Part shown: positions 12,901 through 23,410 of the stretch, one piece after another | Numbering within the stretch: the first letter of the stretch is position 1 | Layout: every line of letters starts with the position of its first letter | Assembly: GCF_037042905.1 (NCBI RefSeq) | Contig: NC_087246.1 | Location: 2,296,001-2,360,000 of the forward strand | Origin: Lytechinus pictus | Lineage: Eukaryota | DNA length: 64,000 nucleotides | Direction: 5' to 3' | Program-made: the position numbers and the translations under genes | Notes under the pieces: model-generated | What the model was told of the DNA's origin: nothing | The model's input: the letters and a program-made list of their open reading frames with translations, nothing else | Database searches by the model: none

Positions 12901-15900
12901 ATGGAGAAGGTTCAGAATAATATATCTAGCCCCAATATCGAACATATATGATGGGGAAGTGGAAATACATACCAAAATATGGCTTTATTCCGTCAAATTT
13001 CGAGCGAGATCTTGTGCGTGTAATTGTCCATAGACATCGGTTTTAGTCAGTAAAACTAAAGGGTCTGCGAGTCAAGACTAGTCGAACTATCGGCTGATAA
13101 TCGTAAAAATACCCTTTCCGGTATCAGCGCTTCTCGCTAGCATAGCGGGAAAGGTCTTGACTGCAGATCAAACGAGGTGAGTTCGAGTCCCAACTAAGGT
13201 AAGCAACCACCTATGGGTACATTACCGCCGCCGTCCACAGGATAACCACTTGCACGGCACTTGCAATGCCTATCGGGCTATATATTTTGAATTAGCAATA
13301 TATATGGATTTAAGATCAGATAAGCTTTGGATATGAAACTTACAAAACGATATGAAGCCAATTTCAATTCCTCTCTGTCTTTCTGGTACTTTATATCGAT
13401 GATTTTTCTTGATGTCGAAGCAGGCATGGCCCCGATTTGCTGGTTCTCTCTATACGTACAGAGAGGGCGCGCGATATTATTTAATAAACTTGCTTGTTTA
13501 CATCGTTTATGTCAGATCAGCTGTACTGCTGGTTGCGTTCTAGGTGCTCCGCATTTTTTTCGCTGTTCAGCGTTATTTTATGATGTCTTGTCTTGTCTTT
13601 CCGTTAATGCCCACAATCATTACAATGATTATTATGGCATATGAACGTCAAGATTGACTTGACCTGAATTTTGCCGGGATCGGCAGGTGCAATACACCGG
13701 GTGAACACCCTACTCTTTGACGAATAGTGTATTGGTTTTAACTTGCATAGGTTGTGACTCTCCTATACACGGGACCAACATTTGCGTCCTTTCCGATGGA
13801 CGGAGTGTTTTCCAACTGCATTCACACCTGCACTGAATACAGTGGTGAGGCACGCTAACACACAACGTTATAGCATCAGATTTTTTTGTCAGACGCGTTT
13901 CAGCATGAGCGGGACTCGAACCCCTCACGTTGAGATCTACGATCTTATCCGAAACATGCGCTCTAACCGACTGAGCTACGCTGCCTCCCTCTACATCCCT
14001 GATGTAGCGCCATCAGCGATTATACGTGACATGCAACCTGTTGATTTTTGGTACAATTTCCTATTATGCGCCGGCGACTTGAATCTAGACTGTTCGATAG
14101 GAAAAATTCGCATTTCGATTGTTGTTTGCATAATTTCCACCGCAGTATTAAGGATCGGACGGAGTAACTGGCTGAGATTTGGAGGTAAGCGTTTAAAATC
14201 CATTTTTATAGATAAGTTCGTGCTGATTTTTAAAATTAGATTACATTATAAGATTAAGATGACTAAATTTAGTATATTGTGAAGATTTAGGCGTGTTTCA
14301 TATTCTCACATTCGTGTGATGAATGAAAACGTCAAAATTCATTATGAAATGACATGCGTTGTGCGAGGTTAGTATACTAACCTCGCATGTTGTGTGAGTG
14401 GTAAGCAACAGTAAAAAAATGATAAAATTTTTAATTTAGAAAAATCTGAAGTGAACGAACCGGAAGTCTCAACAATCTTTTGTTATTTTTGGTGGGGGGG
14501 GGGGGGGGGGGGGGGCACTCAGTATATAATGCACAGTGGGTATGTGCCGCGGAGGGGACCCCCATTTTTACACTCAAATTTCCGTTCCGAGGCATAGCAT
14601 TTTTGTCTTATTGAGAAAAAGAACAAAGAAAGCCGCTCCAGAGCATAGCATTTTCTTCTTCTCGAGAAAAAAAGAAGAAAAAAAATCCGCTCCAGGGCTT
14701 CGCATAATATCCGTTACGCCGTTCCGGTCGCAATTTTGGTGAAAAGCGGCCGCAGCTCGCTGTCCGACCATCGCCTCTGCGCTAGCGCGCCCGTCAGTCG
14801 TGCCGCCGGGCTAGCTGCATGTACGTTCCATAGGGATGCATACGCACTCGCACGCAGGCGACCCGTTCCAAGGACCCCCGTTTTCACAAACATTTGTAGT
14901 TCCGATCGAAGCCCGTTCCGAGGACCCTCCTTTGTACATTTAGCCCGCTCCAAGGCCCCCGTTTTTTGTCTCGCCCGCGGCACACCCCTACCACTTTTTT
15001 GGTCGAGTGCCCCCCCCCCCCCCCCCCGGGGGGGGGGGGGGCATATGGAACTCTTTCCTGGATTTTATATCCCCCCCATAAAATTCCACCTTTGACTTTG
15101 TCACTCGGAGTATCAGAGCGAGTTCACCACCTTGATGTTCAGGTAGGTGCAGCGTAGTGTAGTGTAGCGGTAGTGAAGTGGAGCCTGCACGAACATCTCT
15201 TGAGGTATGGTTGGAACTACCCCTTATCGACCACCTAATCTTCTAAGCATCATATCTGCGAAAATATTCATCAATTTTACCCAGTTTTCGTCTCATTTGT
15301 GCAGAAAATTGAGCAGATCAGATTCCCATGTTTCGCTCGGCGACTCCGATTCAATTTGCGTATATATCGACGATCAACGAATGCAACGATTTTCCATTTG
15401 CTCATTTGCACCCGTCTTTTGAAACCGACCACCCGTGGTACACTAAGTTTATGGCCGATTCTTGTCGCGGTGGCGAAATATTTTTACTCTTTCAAATCAG
15501 TTCTATGACGTCAACATGCTAAATGATCGCCTCACTACTTCCACTGCGAGCTCCGACGCATGATTCGACGATTGACGACGGATATTTGTTCTAAAGCCGT
15601 TTCCTATCGGATTTCTTGGTTTTTCAGCGGGTTTTGGGTTTGGTCAATACAATTTTGATTAATTCTACTAAATTTTTACTTTTTGTCACTCTAGGCGACA
15701 CCCCAATACTTACCCGTGTTAATAAACTGGGACTCCACTCACGCACATTTGGGCCGCCCTAGCTTGGAACTAAGCATCAATATCAATTTAAAATATATAT
15801 CTACAAGTTATGTATAACCTATTTACTACTTTGATAATGTTTAATTGGTACTCACCAGTTCTTTTGATGTATTTTCTCAAGAATTCCCACGGATTTGTCC

Positions 15901-18139
15901 CAAATCTTGCGACAAACCACGTCGCGGTAGACAGCTGTACATTCTTTTTTATTTATAAATAGAGCGCCCCTTACGATAGTTGTTAAGAACGCGGCCAAAT
16001 TGTTAGGTTTTTTGCACTGTGTCCAAGGCGTTTTTATTTTGTTCGATTTTTTATTTTTTAATAAATATTTTGTTAAATAGCTATTTTTACGTCAAATATT
16101 AAATTTATATCACAAAATATTTTTGATTGTAGAAATATATATAATATCATGCAATTATTTATTCTATATATATTTTATAATAAAATTTATAATTGTTGCG
16201 GTCTTTAAAAAAGGATAGTCGATCGATCAGGTGATGACTACTCGTATCACGTGATCTGAAAATCAGCTTCGTACCGCTTTGATCGCACTCGACGGGACCG
16301 GACTGACTGCCAAGAAAAGATCGAAAAAGGACTCAAATGTAAGTTTCCCTTTATTTTATAACATTTAAAGTATGAGTAGAATTATAGTTAATGGGCAATT
16401 TTTTAATAAATGCTAAACAAATGAGGACAAAGCTTGCATTTTTCGAGTAATAATCACTAATATCATAAAAATACTTGGGTGCAGGACTTCTAACCTGTTT
16501 TTAACGCATTGTCGCCTATGAGGTCCACTCTAAGCACCAAGGCTTTTAATTCCTGTGTTAAAAAAGTGAGTGCACGCGAATTAAATGTTGGACCTAAATT
16601 ACTAGATCTTACCATGGAGCTCCATGACGAAATCTGTTCTTAAATTAGACTCTAGATATTACTAAATTGAAAAAATGTATAAATAGTACTCGCCTGGTCT
16701 TTTCTTGGGGTATTGAAGCCTTTTTGTCCAGAACTTGCTCAACTTTTGCGGCAAATTTTGTCGCCATAGGGTTGTGCACATTCTCGTTTAATACTGGTTG
16801 TCACGTGACACGGCAATGTCGTTAGGCTGTTTGGCCTGTATTCAAGGCGTTCTATCCGTTATGATTTTATATTGAATGAAGCTAATCAGGTATAGGCCCC
16901 TATCAAGTCAAAATCGATGCAGGGATCGAGAGGGGGGGGGGGGGGTGGAGCCAAAAATTTCCCAGTCACATGGTATGAAAATGATATTTTTTATGATTGT
17001 CCACGATCATTAGGGTAAACCCGTGTGTGGCAGTACGGTAGCGTGATGAGTAAAAAAAAAATAAAATAAAAGAAAGAAAGAGGGCCAATGTAGGCATACA
17101 TGGCGCGTGGGAATAAAGTTGCTTTATATGTTCCAAGCGAGTGAAGCAAGCGAGAAAAAAACTTTTCGTGCAAATCTAAATTTGAGATAGATATCTTAAC
17201 TTACACTTTTCCTTTTCTTTTCATTAATTCCCTTCATTTCTTTTTTATCTTGGTTGTAGAACTTTCGGGGGCCCCTAGGCCTAATCCTTCCATCGTGTAC
17301 CCCCAGTGCAATATCAGCAGGTGGGTCTCGATAACTCTGGATATTTAGCAATTAGACCTATTTATAGAAAAACATAACGTTAATGTTTTGACCCCTTCCC
17401 CCCCAAAAAAGGAAAAACAATTATAAACTAAGTTATATACATCCCCCTTTTCTCATTTCGCTTTTTATTTTCTCTATTCCCTCCTTATTTTTTTTGGGGG
17501 GGCACCGCCCCTAGCTACGCGCCTACCAGATGAAGAGGCGAGCGAGCAAAACCTTTGTCACTTTTATTACAAATGTCAATTTTGCAATAGATTTTGACAT
17601 AACATTCGGAATTATTCTCGCATGCATTTTTCTTTCCTTTTGCTTTTTTATGGCCTTTTATTTCTCTTCCCTTTCTCTTTCTGTCTTTCTTTCTTTCTTT
17701 CTTTCTTTCTTTTCCTTCCTTCATTCCTTTTCTCTTATCCCGTTTTTTTTTTGGTGAAATCCACTGGACCGGGGATCAAGGGCCAGCCTGCATGCCCCCG
17801 GCGGTTTACGCCTCTGCCGTCACGGTGGATGTAAGCTATATATACGCATGATCTTAATCTTCATTATAGAGGCGCATCCAAGATTTTCCAAATTAAGTAG
17901 GGGGGGGGGGGCGGGGTGAATTTTCTCAAGTAAAATTTGACAACTCCCAAAAAAGGTTCTTACTAAAAAAAAAAAAACCGGTCATTATATTGTCTCGCGT
18001 AAAGTTTGACAAGTTAAAAAAATGGTCACTCAAAATGAAAGTCATTTTGTCCGCGTAATATTCGGCAAGCCCCCCCCCCCCCACAAAAATAAGAAAAGGG
18101 AAAGTCATTTTGTCCACGTGATATTTGGCAACCCCCCCC

Positions 18140-18175
<36 letters not shown>

Positions 18176-20849
18176 TTTTAACTATAGCAATGATCGAAGG
18201 TCATTTTGTCTCGCGTAAAATTTGACAATTTTTTTATAAAGTTGTCACTAAAAAGAAGGTCATTTTTTCCACCATTGATTATATTTGGCAAGCCCCCAAC
18301 CCCCACCCCCATAAAAAAAAAGTTTGTCCCTAAAAGTGATGTATAGAAAGTCATATTGTTAATTTGTTCCCAGTAAAATTTTGAATTTGGCAATTAAAAA
18401 AAAAGGCAAAAAAGAGAAAAGAATATGAACGAAATATCCCCATTACAAATAATGCTGTACGTGATTCTCATGAGGGGGGGGGGCACATAACTAGTATTAA
18501 TAACATATTTAATTCCAAAATGTTTACTATAAATCTCAAGAGGGGGAACGGGCAGAAATGCTCACCCCAACCCGCCCCCCTCCCCCCCCCCCCCCCGCCA
18601 CTGATTCCAATCTATAATGACTTTTCTCTGCAATACTGATGCTTTGAAATCAAGATACTGAAGATTGATACGCTTAACATAAATAATGAACGTCTGACAA
18701 AAAGATAACCAACCGATCACCTGACCGATCAGCTGACCAGTACGCGTATCACTTCGGAGTTGATCACTCGTCGCAGCTGTGTGGAACGCTCACCGAAAAT
18801 CAACAAAAAGGGCCTGAAATGTAAGTTTAACAATAATCGATTTTAATTTCAACTATTTTTACAACTAAATAAAGGTTTGCCGTCCGAATGAAAGGTATAT
18901 CGGATAACTCTAACTTGTATTAAGGTGTACATTTACCAAAGTCTTGGGTTGGAAATCAGAACAGCATTGTCCAACCCATAATTTGGGTAATGTCGCCTAT
19001 GAGGTCCATACATGTTAATGTTTGGACCTCATTGGTACTAGGAGTGATGAGGTCCATACATGTTAATGTTTGGACCTCATTGGTACTACTAGGGTGTCTG
19101 AAGCCACACTGAAAAGTGTCAGCATAAAACAGGCTAATTTAGGGGAAAATATGGCACATTTTTTCGGGGAAGTTCAGGCTACTAGAAAAATGTGATCTGA
19201 ATTGATTATTAACTTGTGTTTGGCATGTATGGAAAGAGAAAATTCAGGGGCTTCTTCTGACAGTAAGGACAAGTTTATATGATCATTTTAAATAAGGATT
19301 TAGAGATAAATTGCAAACCCTTATTTTTGTGTGTGTTGAAATTGCCATTTCTCCATGCGTTTTCTATGGGAAAATGAAATTTCTGTTTTGCACAATTGGA
19401 AAGCCGCACAATTTTTTTCACTTTGTCGCAATTTTTCTTTGTGATCTGGTTTCCAAATCTTTATAAAAATCATACCATCAGATAGAGCATAAAAAATCCT
19501 ATTGGACTCTTTATGGACAAGTTTTTGGCATTAATAATAAAGTTATAACAGCTCTCGGAAGCTAAAAATTTGGATTTGTGTGTGTCCATTTCTTAACTAC
19601 ACAGTCTATGACTATGGCAGAGAAATGCTGAAAATTTACCCAATTTCATTCTTCTTTTTTGCAGCCAATAATTTGATTTTTTTCAAAAATGTTACATTTC
19701 TGTCAGTCTGAAGGTCATTTCTCTTCAAATTCACAAAGAAAATGTGATATTTTCTTGAAATAAGAAAAATAATTTTTTTCTCCAGACACCCTAGTAGTAT
19801 GGTGAGACCACCACATATCGACCACCTCTTTTGAAACCGACCACCTTGCGCGCGTTAAAATTATTGCGTATTACAAACGATACGCGCGTGAGAGTAGGCG
19901 CAGTGTCCATAGAAACGGTAAGAATCGATTTTACGAGAAAAAAAGAAGCAACAAAAAGTAAAAATTTAGTAGAATTAATCAAAATTGTATTGACCAGACC
20001 CAATTCCCGCTGAAAAACCAAGAAATCCGATAGGAAACGGCTGTAGAACAAATATCCGTCGTCAATCGTCGAATCATGTGCCGGAGCTCGCAGTGGAAGT
20101 AGTGAGACGATGATTTAGCATGTTGACATCATAGAACTGATTTGGAAGAGTAAAAATATTTCGCCACCGCGACAAGAATCGGCCGTAAACTTAGTGTATC
20201 GCGGGTGGTCGGTTTCAAAAGACGGGTGCAAATGAGCAAATGTAAAATCGTCGTATTCGTTGTTCGTCGATATATACGCGGATTGAATCGGAGTCGCCGA
20301 GCGAAACATGGGAATCTGATCTGCTCAATTTTCTGCACAAATGAGACTAAAACTGGGTAAAATTGATGAATATTTTCGCAGATACGATGCTGAGAAGATT
20401 AGGTGGTCGATAAGGGGTAGTTCCAACCATACGGACTCTAGGAGTGCTTTTTGTTGCTTCTTTTTTTCTCGTAAAATCGATTCTTACCGTTTCTATGGAC
20501 ACTGCGCCTACTCTCCGCGCGTATCGTTTGTAATACGCAATGATTTTAACGCGCGCAAGGTGGTCGGTTTCAAAAGAGGTGGTCGATATGTGGTGGTCTT
20601 ACCATACATGGGCACAGATCTAACAATACATGGGACTGAACTGAGGCACAGATTTAAGTCAATACCGGTACCGGTACATGGGACTGAACTGAGCAAATCA
20701 AACTCACCGCCCAAAACATCAGGATGATCCGTCCAAAAATGTGCAGCTTTGGTGGGTCGGTCAAGATATTCATCTCTGTTAAATATTATTACGAATCTGT
20801 AGCCATGATTATCTGGATTACTATTAATGTAGAACGCTGTAACACACAT
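3825..20849 (-). CDS. TANGO2: Transport and Golgi organization protein 2 homolog (NRDE family), complete spliced CDS, 7 exons, 278 aa
   Basis: join(20849-20708, 8965-8843, 8270-8156, 7062-7001, 6265-6112, 5222-5118, 3960-3825) = 837 nt. All introns are GT-AG with matching phases. N-terminal MC, NRDE motif, GGTWLG, YNGFNL, YGVSN..LD.PWPK and YGTR..TVI motifs are typical of TANGO2. Confidence 0.95.
4412..5046. mobile_element. Non-autonomous element with a subterminal hairpin
   Basis: AATATTGACTGGC..GGAACATCAAATATGTCGCCC / GGGTGACATATTTGATGTTTCC..GCCAGTCAATATT hairpin at 4416-4527; ATTATTACCTA / TAGGTAATAAT inverted motif; family not assigned. Confidence 0.5.
5118..5222 (-). CDS. TANGO2: TANGO2 exon 6
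   Basis: LNGEKFVHKP...SPVYGT; phase 2-2. Confidence 0.9.
5408..5920. mobile_element. Helentron-like (HINE) non-autonomous repeat
   Basis: Starts AACAAG, internal TGACC-rich tandem units, 3' hairpin GTCTCGCC...GGCGAGAC, then an A run. Confidence 0.6.
6112..6265 (-). CDS. TANGO2: TANGO2 exon 5
   Basis: GIYGVSNSTLDKPWPK...LLDRSL; phase 1-2. Confidence 0.92.
7001..7062 (-). CDS. TANGO2: TANGO2 exon 4
   Basis: SNGDAAYYSNKSSKPPEKLQP; phase 2-1; too short for the ORF track. Confidence 0.88.
7494..7938. mobile_element. MITE with poly-G/poly-C TIRs
   Basis: CGGGGG..CACTC / GAGTTGCCCCC..CG ends; flanking GTCAGAC duplicated on both sides. Confidence 0.75.
8156..8270 (-). CDS. TANGO2: TANGO2 exon 3
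   Basis: GALVSDFL...YNGFNLFTMDI; phase 1-2. Confidence 0.93.
8843..8965 (-). CDS. TANGO2: TANGO2 exon 2
   Basis: GVDMNPGKEGGTWLGISKRG...AKGR; phase 1-1. Confidence 0.93.
9588..10240. mobile_element. Helentron-like (HINE) repeat
   Basis: GTCTCACCTGCAT 5' subterminal motif, internal tandem units, 3' GTCTCACTCTGCTATGCAGGTGAGAC-AAAA; same family as 29965-30753. Confidence 0.7.
10385..10535 (+). mobile_element. Degenerate SINE fragment
   Basis: GGTTCAAGCCC B-box-like motif followed by TCGGATTAAGATGTTAAAGGTTGGTCC SINE-core-like sequence. Confidence 0.4.
10640..12210. mobile_element. Helentron-like (HINE) repeat interrupted by a TTAA MITE
   Basis: AACAAGTGGAGCGCCTCTGGCAGTCTCGCCTGCAT start; family sequence resumes after 12107. 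Confidence 0.65.
10975..12103. mobile_element. TTAA-TSD MITE (Kolobok-like) carrying a further internal insertion at about 11395-11935
   Basis: TTAA-AGGTCAAGTCCACCCCA ... TGGGGTGGACTTGTCCT-TTAA. Confidence 0.8.
12450..12856. repeat. About 400 bp imperfect palindrome (foldback)
   Basis: Centre GAGGGTCTGAGCTCAGACCCTC at about 12640-12661; arms AAATCCATGCAACATCAC / GTGATGTTGCATGGATTT. Confidence 0.85.
13128..13200 (+). pseudogene. tRNA-Cys(GCA)-derived fragment or SINE head
   Basis: Anticodon arm TTGACTGCAGATCAA and GTTCGAGTCCC T-loop, but no pairing acceptor stem. Confidence 0.45.
13672..13988 (-). mobile_element. tRNA-derived SINE
   Basis: Minus strand GGCAGCGTAGCTCAGTCGGTTAGAGCGC (A box), GGGGTTCGAGTCCC (B box), then a long non-tRNA body. 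Confidence 0.8.
14494..15030. mobile_element. MITE with poly-G/poly-C TIRs
   Basis: GGGGGCACTC...GTGCCGCGG / CCGCGGCAC...GAGTGCCCCC; related to 7494-7938. Confidence 0.75.
15205..15686 (+). mobile_element. DNA-transposon-derived segment; inverted copy at 19951-20432
   Basis: Near-identical reverse complement; the ORF track shows twin peptides at 15328+ and 20309-. Confidence 0.85.
17868..18490. repeat. Repeat with about 55-60 bp imperfect units and poly-C/poly-A tracts
   Basis: Recurrent GTCATTTTGTC.CG.TAA.ATTTG.CAA motif. Confidence 0.6.
19084..19799. mobile_element. MITE with a 17 bp perfect terminal inverted repeat
   Basis: TACTACTAGGGTGTCTG / CAGACACCCTAGTAGTA. Confidence 0.75.
19797..20607. 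mobile_element. Composite MITE with about 160 bp TIRs
   Basis: GTATGGTGAGACCACCACATATCGACCACC... / ...GGTGGTCGATATGTGGTGGTCTTACCATAC; ends 100 bp from the TANGO2 exon 1 donor. Confidence 0.8.
20708..20849 (-). CDS. TANGO2: TANGO2 coding exon 1
   Basis: MCVTAFYINS...FNRDEYLDRPT...DVLG; donor GTGAG. Confidence 0.93.
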
Positions 20850-22579
20850 TTTTTAAAGTTCTTTTAAGACAGACTTTGAAAGACCGAGTCTTGTAATTAA
20901 TTGTACTTGTCCACTTGTTGCATAGCCTTTGTCGCCCTCTAACACTATTCCGGGCATGCAAATGAAGCCGAATCCGCGAATCCAATTGGATGAAAGTTAT
21001 ACCGGTAATTGGAAAGTTTGATTTGGTTTGATACTTTTTCATCCAGTCTAGGGGGGGGGGGGGCACGCACCCCCCTCCCCCCCCCCCCCAACAACAAAAA
21101 AGAGGAAAAGGGAAGGGAAAACTGGAAAATTAAGTAGACTCTATAGTTCGCTTGCCCGTATCGCTTGTTGCGAGCAATATATAAAGAAATTATTTAAATT
21201 GCACGCTGTGTTTCAATAATTTGAAGTACCGTCATGGGTTACCATTGTACCCTCGGCCTCGTCATATATTAATATAGTATAAACTTAAACCGAGCCGCAA
21301 CTTGCTAATGTCACTGTACGGCAAATATAGGATTTTCCGGCCAAAATCGGGAGTTAGCTTTGATGTTAACTTTCCTTTCTTTCAAATTCGACGGATTCCG
21401 TGGACTAGGGATATTTCTGCTTTACATTCCTTTTTCTTGCTTAAAAATTTACGAAGTTTTCATTGGAATGAATGGTAGTTTCTTTTTAATCAATGAGCAA
21501 TCACTGGCGGATCAAGAGGGGGACACAGCCGGCCCGTGCCCCCATTTGATTTTGAGAAGCAAAATTAGAATTTGTAATGTAAAAATGCCGTTGAAACAGA
21601 AGTGTGCCCCCCCCCCCCCCCCTTTGAGAGTGAAGACCATTTTTCGGCACATTTTTTTTATTTGTAAGCACTTGTAACATTTATTCCCCTGCATTCTTAA
21701 CTTGAATGATCCCTTCCAAAAAAAAATCCAATCGCTAATTCAAAAGCGAGGAATGACGCTTCGATAATCAATGACTATTTTGAATGCTAACTGGCTCGTT
21801 TATAAATTACAGTAAATGAAAAGAACACACAAACCTTCAACAAAAAAAATAAAAATATTTAATGACAATTTGCACGGCAAAACCGATCTACGCTAATGTA
21901 AATGCCAAAAATATTGATTCAAATGAAAATCGCGTGAATTTCGTCAGGAAATCCTATAATAATACGTACATATAAATAAGTAGGCCTACAAATAAATAAA
22001 TGAGCTTATCTTTTCACGCAAATGCTTGTTTCTCCATAGGGCCTATTCTTTCCCAATTCCTCTCTATAACAGCTGAGTATTATTTTGGGCATAAAAGCGA
22101 GCTAGCAACAGAAAGTGAAAAAACAAATCCAAACTTTACAACAACAAAAAAATACACGATACTGTAGGACTATATTTTACTGATGTATCATAGGACTATT
22201 ACGTTATATGTTGTTGCTGATTTTGCTTGCTTATAAAAACAGAAAACATAATATTCGGTAGTGTGCTGCCTGCTCGCTTTGTTCACTCTCAGAACATCCC
22301 CCTTCATAGAATATCTCCACACCACAGCACCCACCCAGCCCCCATTTCCGCGGCCCCTGTTGATCTTTGACCGCCGCATATAAACGGCCTAAGATTAAAC
22401 TGTACCCTAGATATACTAGATAATCATGGTTCAAAGTTACATGGTGTGTTCGTCGATACATATAGACCCGACCCGATTAATGATGAATATCATATTGGTT
22501 AGAAATTTTATTTATTTATTAATATATTAATTTGTTATTATTTTTATTTAGATTTCAATCTGTTTATTCTCTTATTTTT

Positions 22580-22775
22580 ATTTCCATTCCTTCCTTCCTT
22601 TCTCCTTCATCCCTCCTAATTCCTCTTTTTTTTTCTTTCTTAATTCTTTCTTTCTTTCTTTCTTTCTTTCTTTTTTTCTTTCTTTTTTCTTTCTTTCTTT
22701 CTTTTTTCTTTCTTTCTTTCTTTCCTTCTTTCTTCCTTTCTTTCTTTCTTTATTCTTTCCTTTCTCTCTTTCTGT
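22580..22775. repeat. (CTTT)n-rich low-complexity tract
   Basis: Direct inspection. Confidence 0.85.
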
Positions 22776-23316
22776 CTAAAGGCCTATCTATCATTTACAT
22801 TTATTTCTTTTTCTTCCTTCTTTTCTCCTTCAATTCAATATTTTAACTAAAATCATTTCTTAACCTAAAATATTTTCCCTTGAATAAGTCGTCAAGCCGC
22901 TCACCGAATGTTTACAAAGTTTACTATTTAAATAAAAGTCTGCAGGAAAAAGTAAAATAACTGGAAGAACTCATTGGGGCAGGGGCCGACGACTTTGGGA
23001 GAAGTTGATACGATATTGTATTTACCCCCCCCCCCCCACCCCCCCACACACACACATCCAGACGAGGAAGCGAGTACAACAAACGATATTCCTTCTTACA
23101 GCACCTGGTACAGGGTTTTCTTCTTCAGGAAAGCTATAATAGGCTGAAACATGCATCAATAACTCGTGTGGATTTGGACCTTGAACCAGCCATGGTAGAG
23201 TTTACACAACATAAAATAGATGAGATAAGATGTTCTTCTTCATGCATAAAACTACAACCTGATCAAGAGTCCAGTGATTAAGAGTTAAAGAGAGAAACAT
23301 AGTATTGAGAGTAAAC

Positions 23317-23410
23317 ATGATTAAACCAATCAAATGCTGCCGTCGATGGTCAAAATGCCTGATATTTATGATATTTATGTTGACGTGTACATGTTCCATT
23401 GCAATTCAAG
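23317..23410 (+). CDS. TCN-beta-like gene exon 1 (signal peptide)
   Basis: MIKPIKCCRRWSKCLIFMIFMLTCTCSIAIQ; donor AG|GTAAGT. Confidence 0.75.

Noticed and set aside
13782..14282. 166-aa ORF
   Set aside because: Runs antisense across a SINE, with no recognisable domain
15207..15522. Twin ORFs also present at 20115-20338
   Set aside because: Their similarity simply reflects the inverted repeat; no transposase motifs
16300..16345. Spliced-leader-RNA-like exon and donor
   Set aside because: The two copies are too divergent, with no clear Sm site or stem-loops
18128..18175. Long poly-C/poly-A and poly-G runs throughout the window
   Set aside because: Common in these MITE families and error-prone in length; no independent evidence of function
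22532..22846. Hydrophobic Phe/Leu/Ser-rich ORFs (also 17530-17834 and 32532-32822)
   Set aside because: Translations of CT-rich low-complexity tracts
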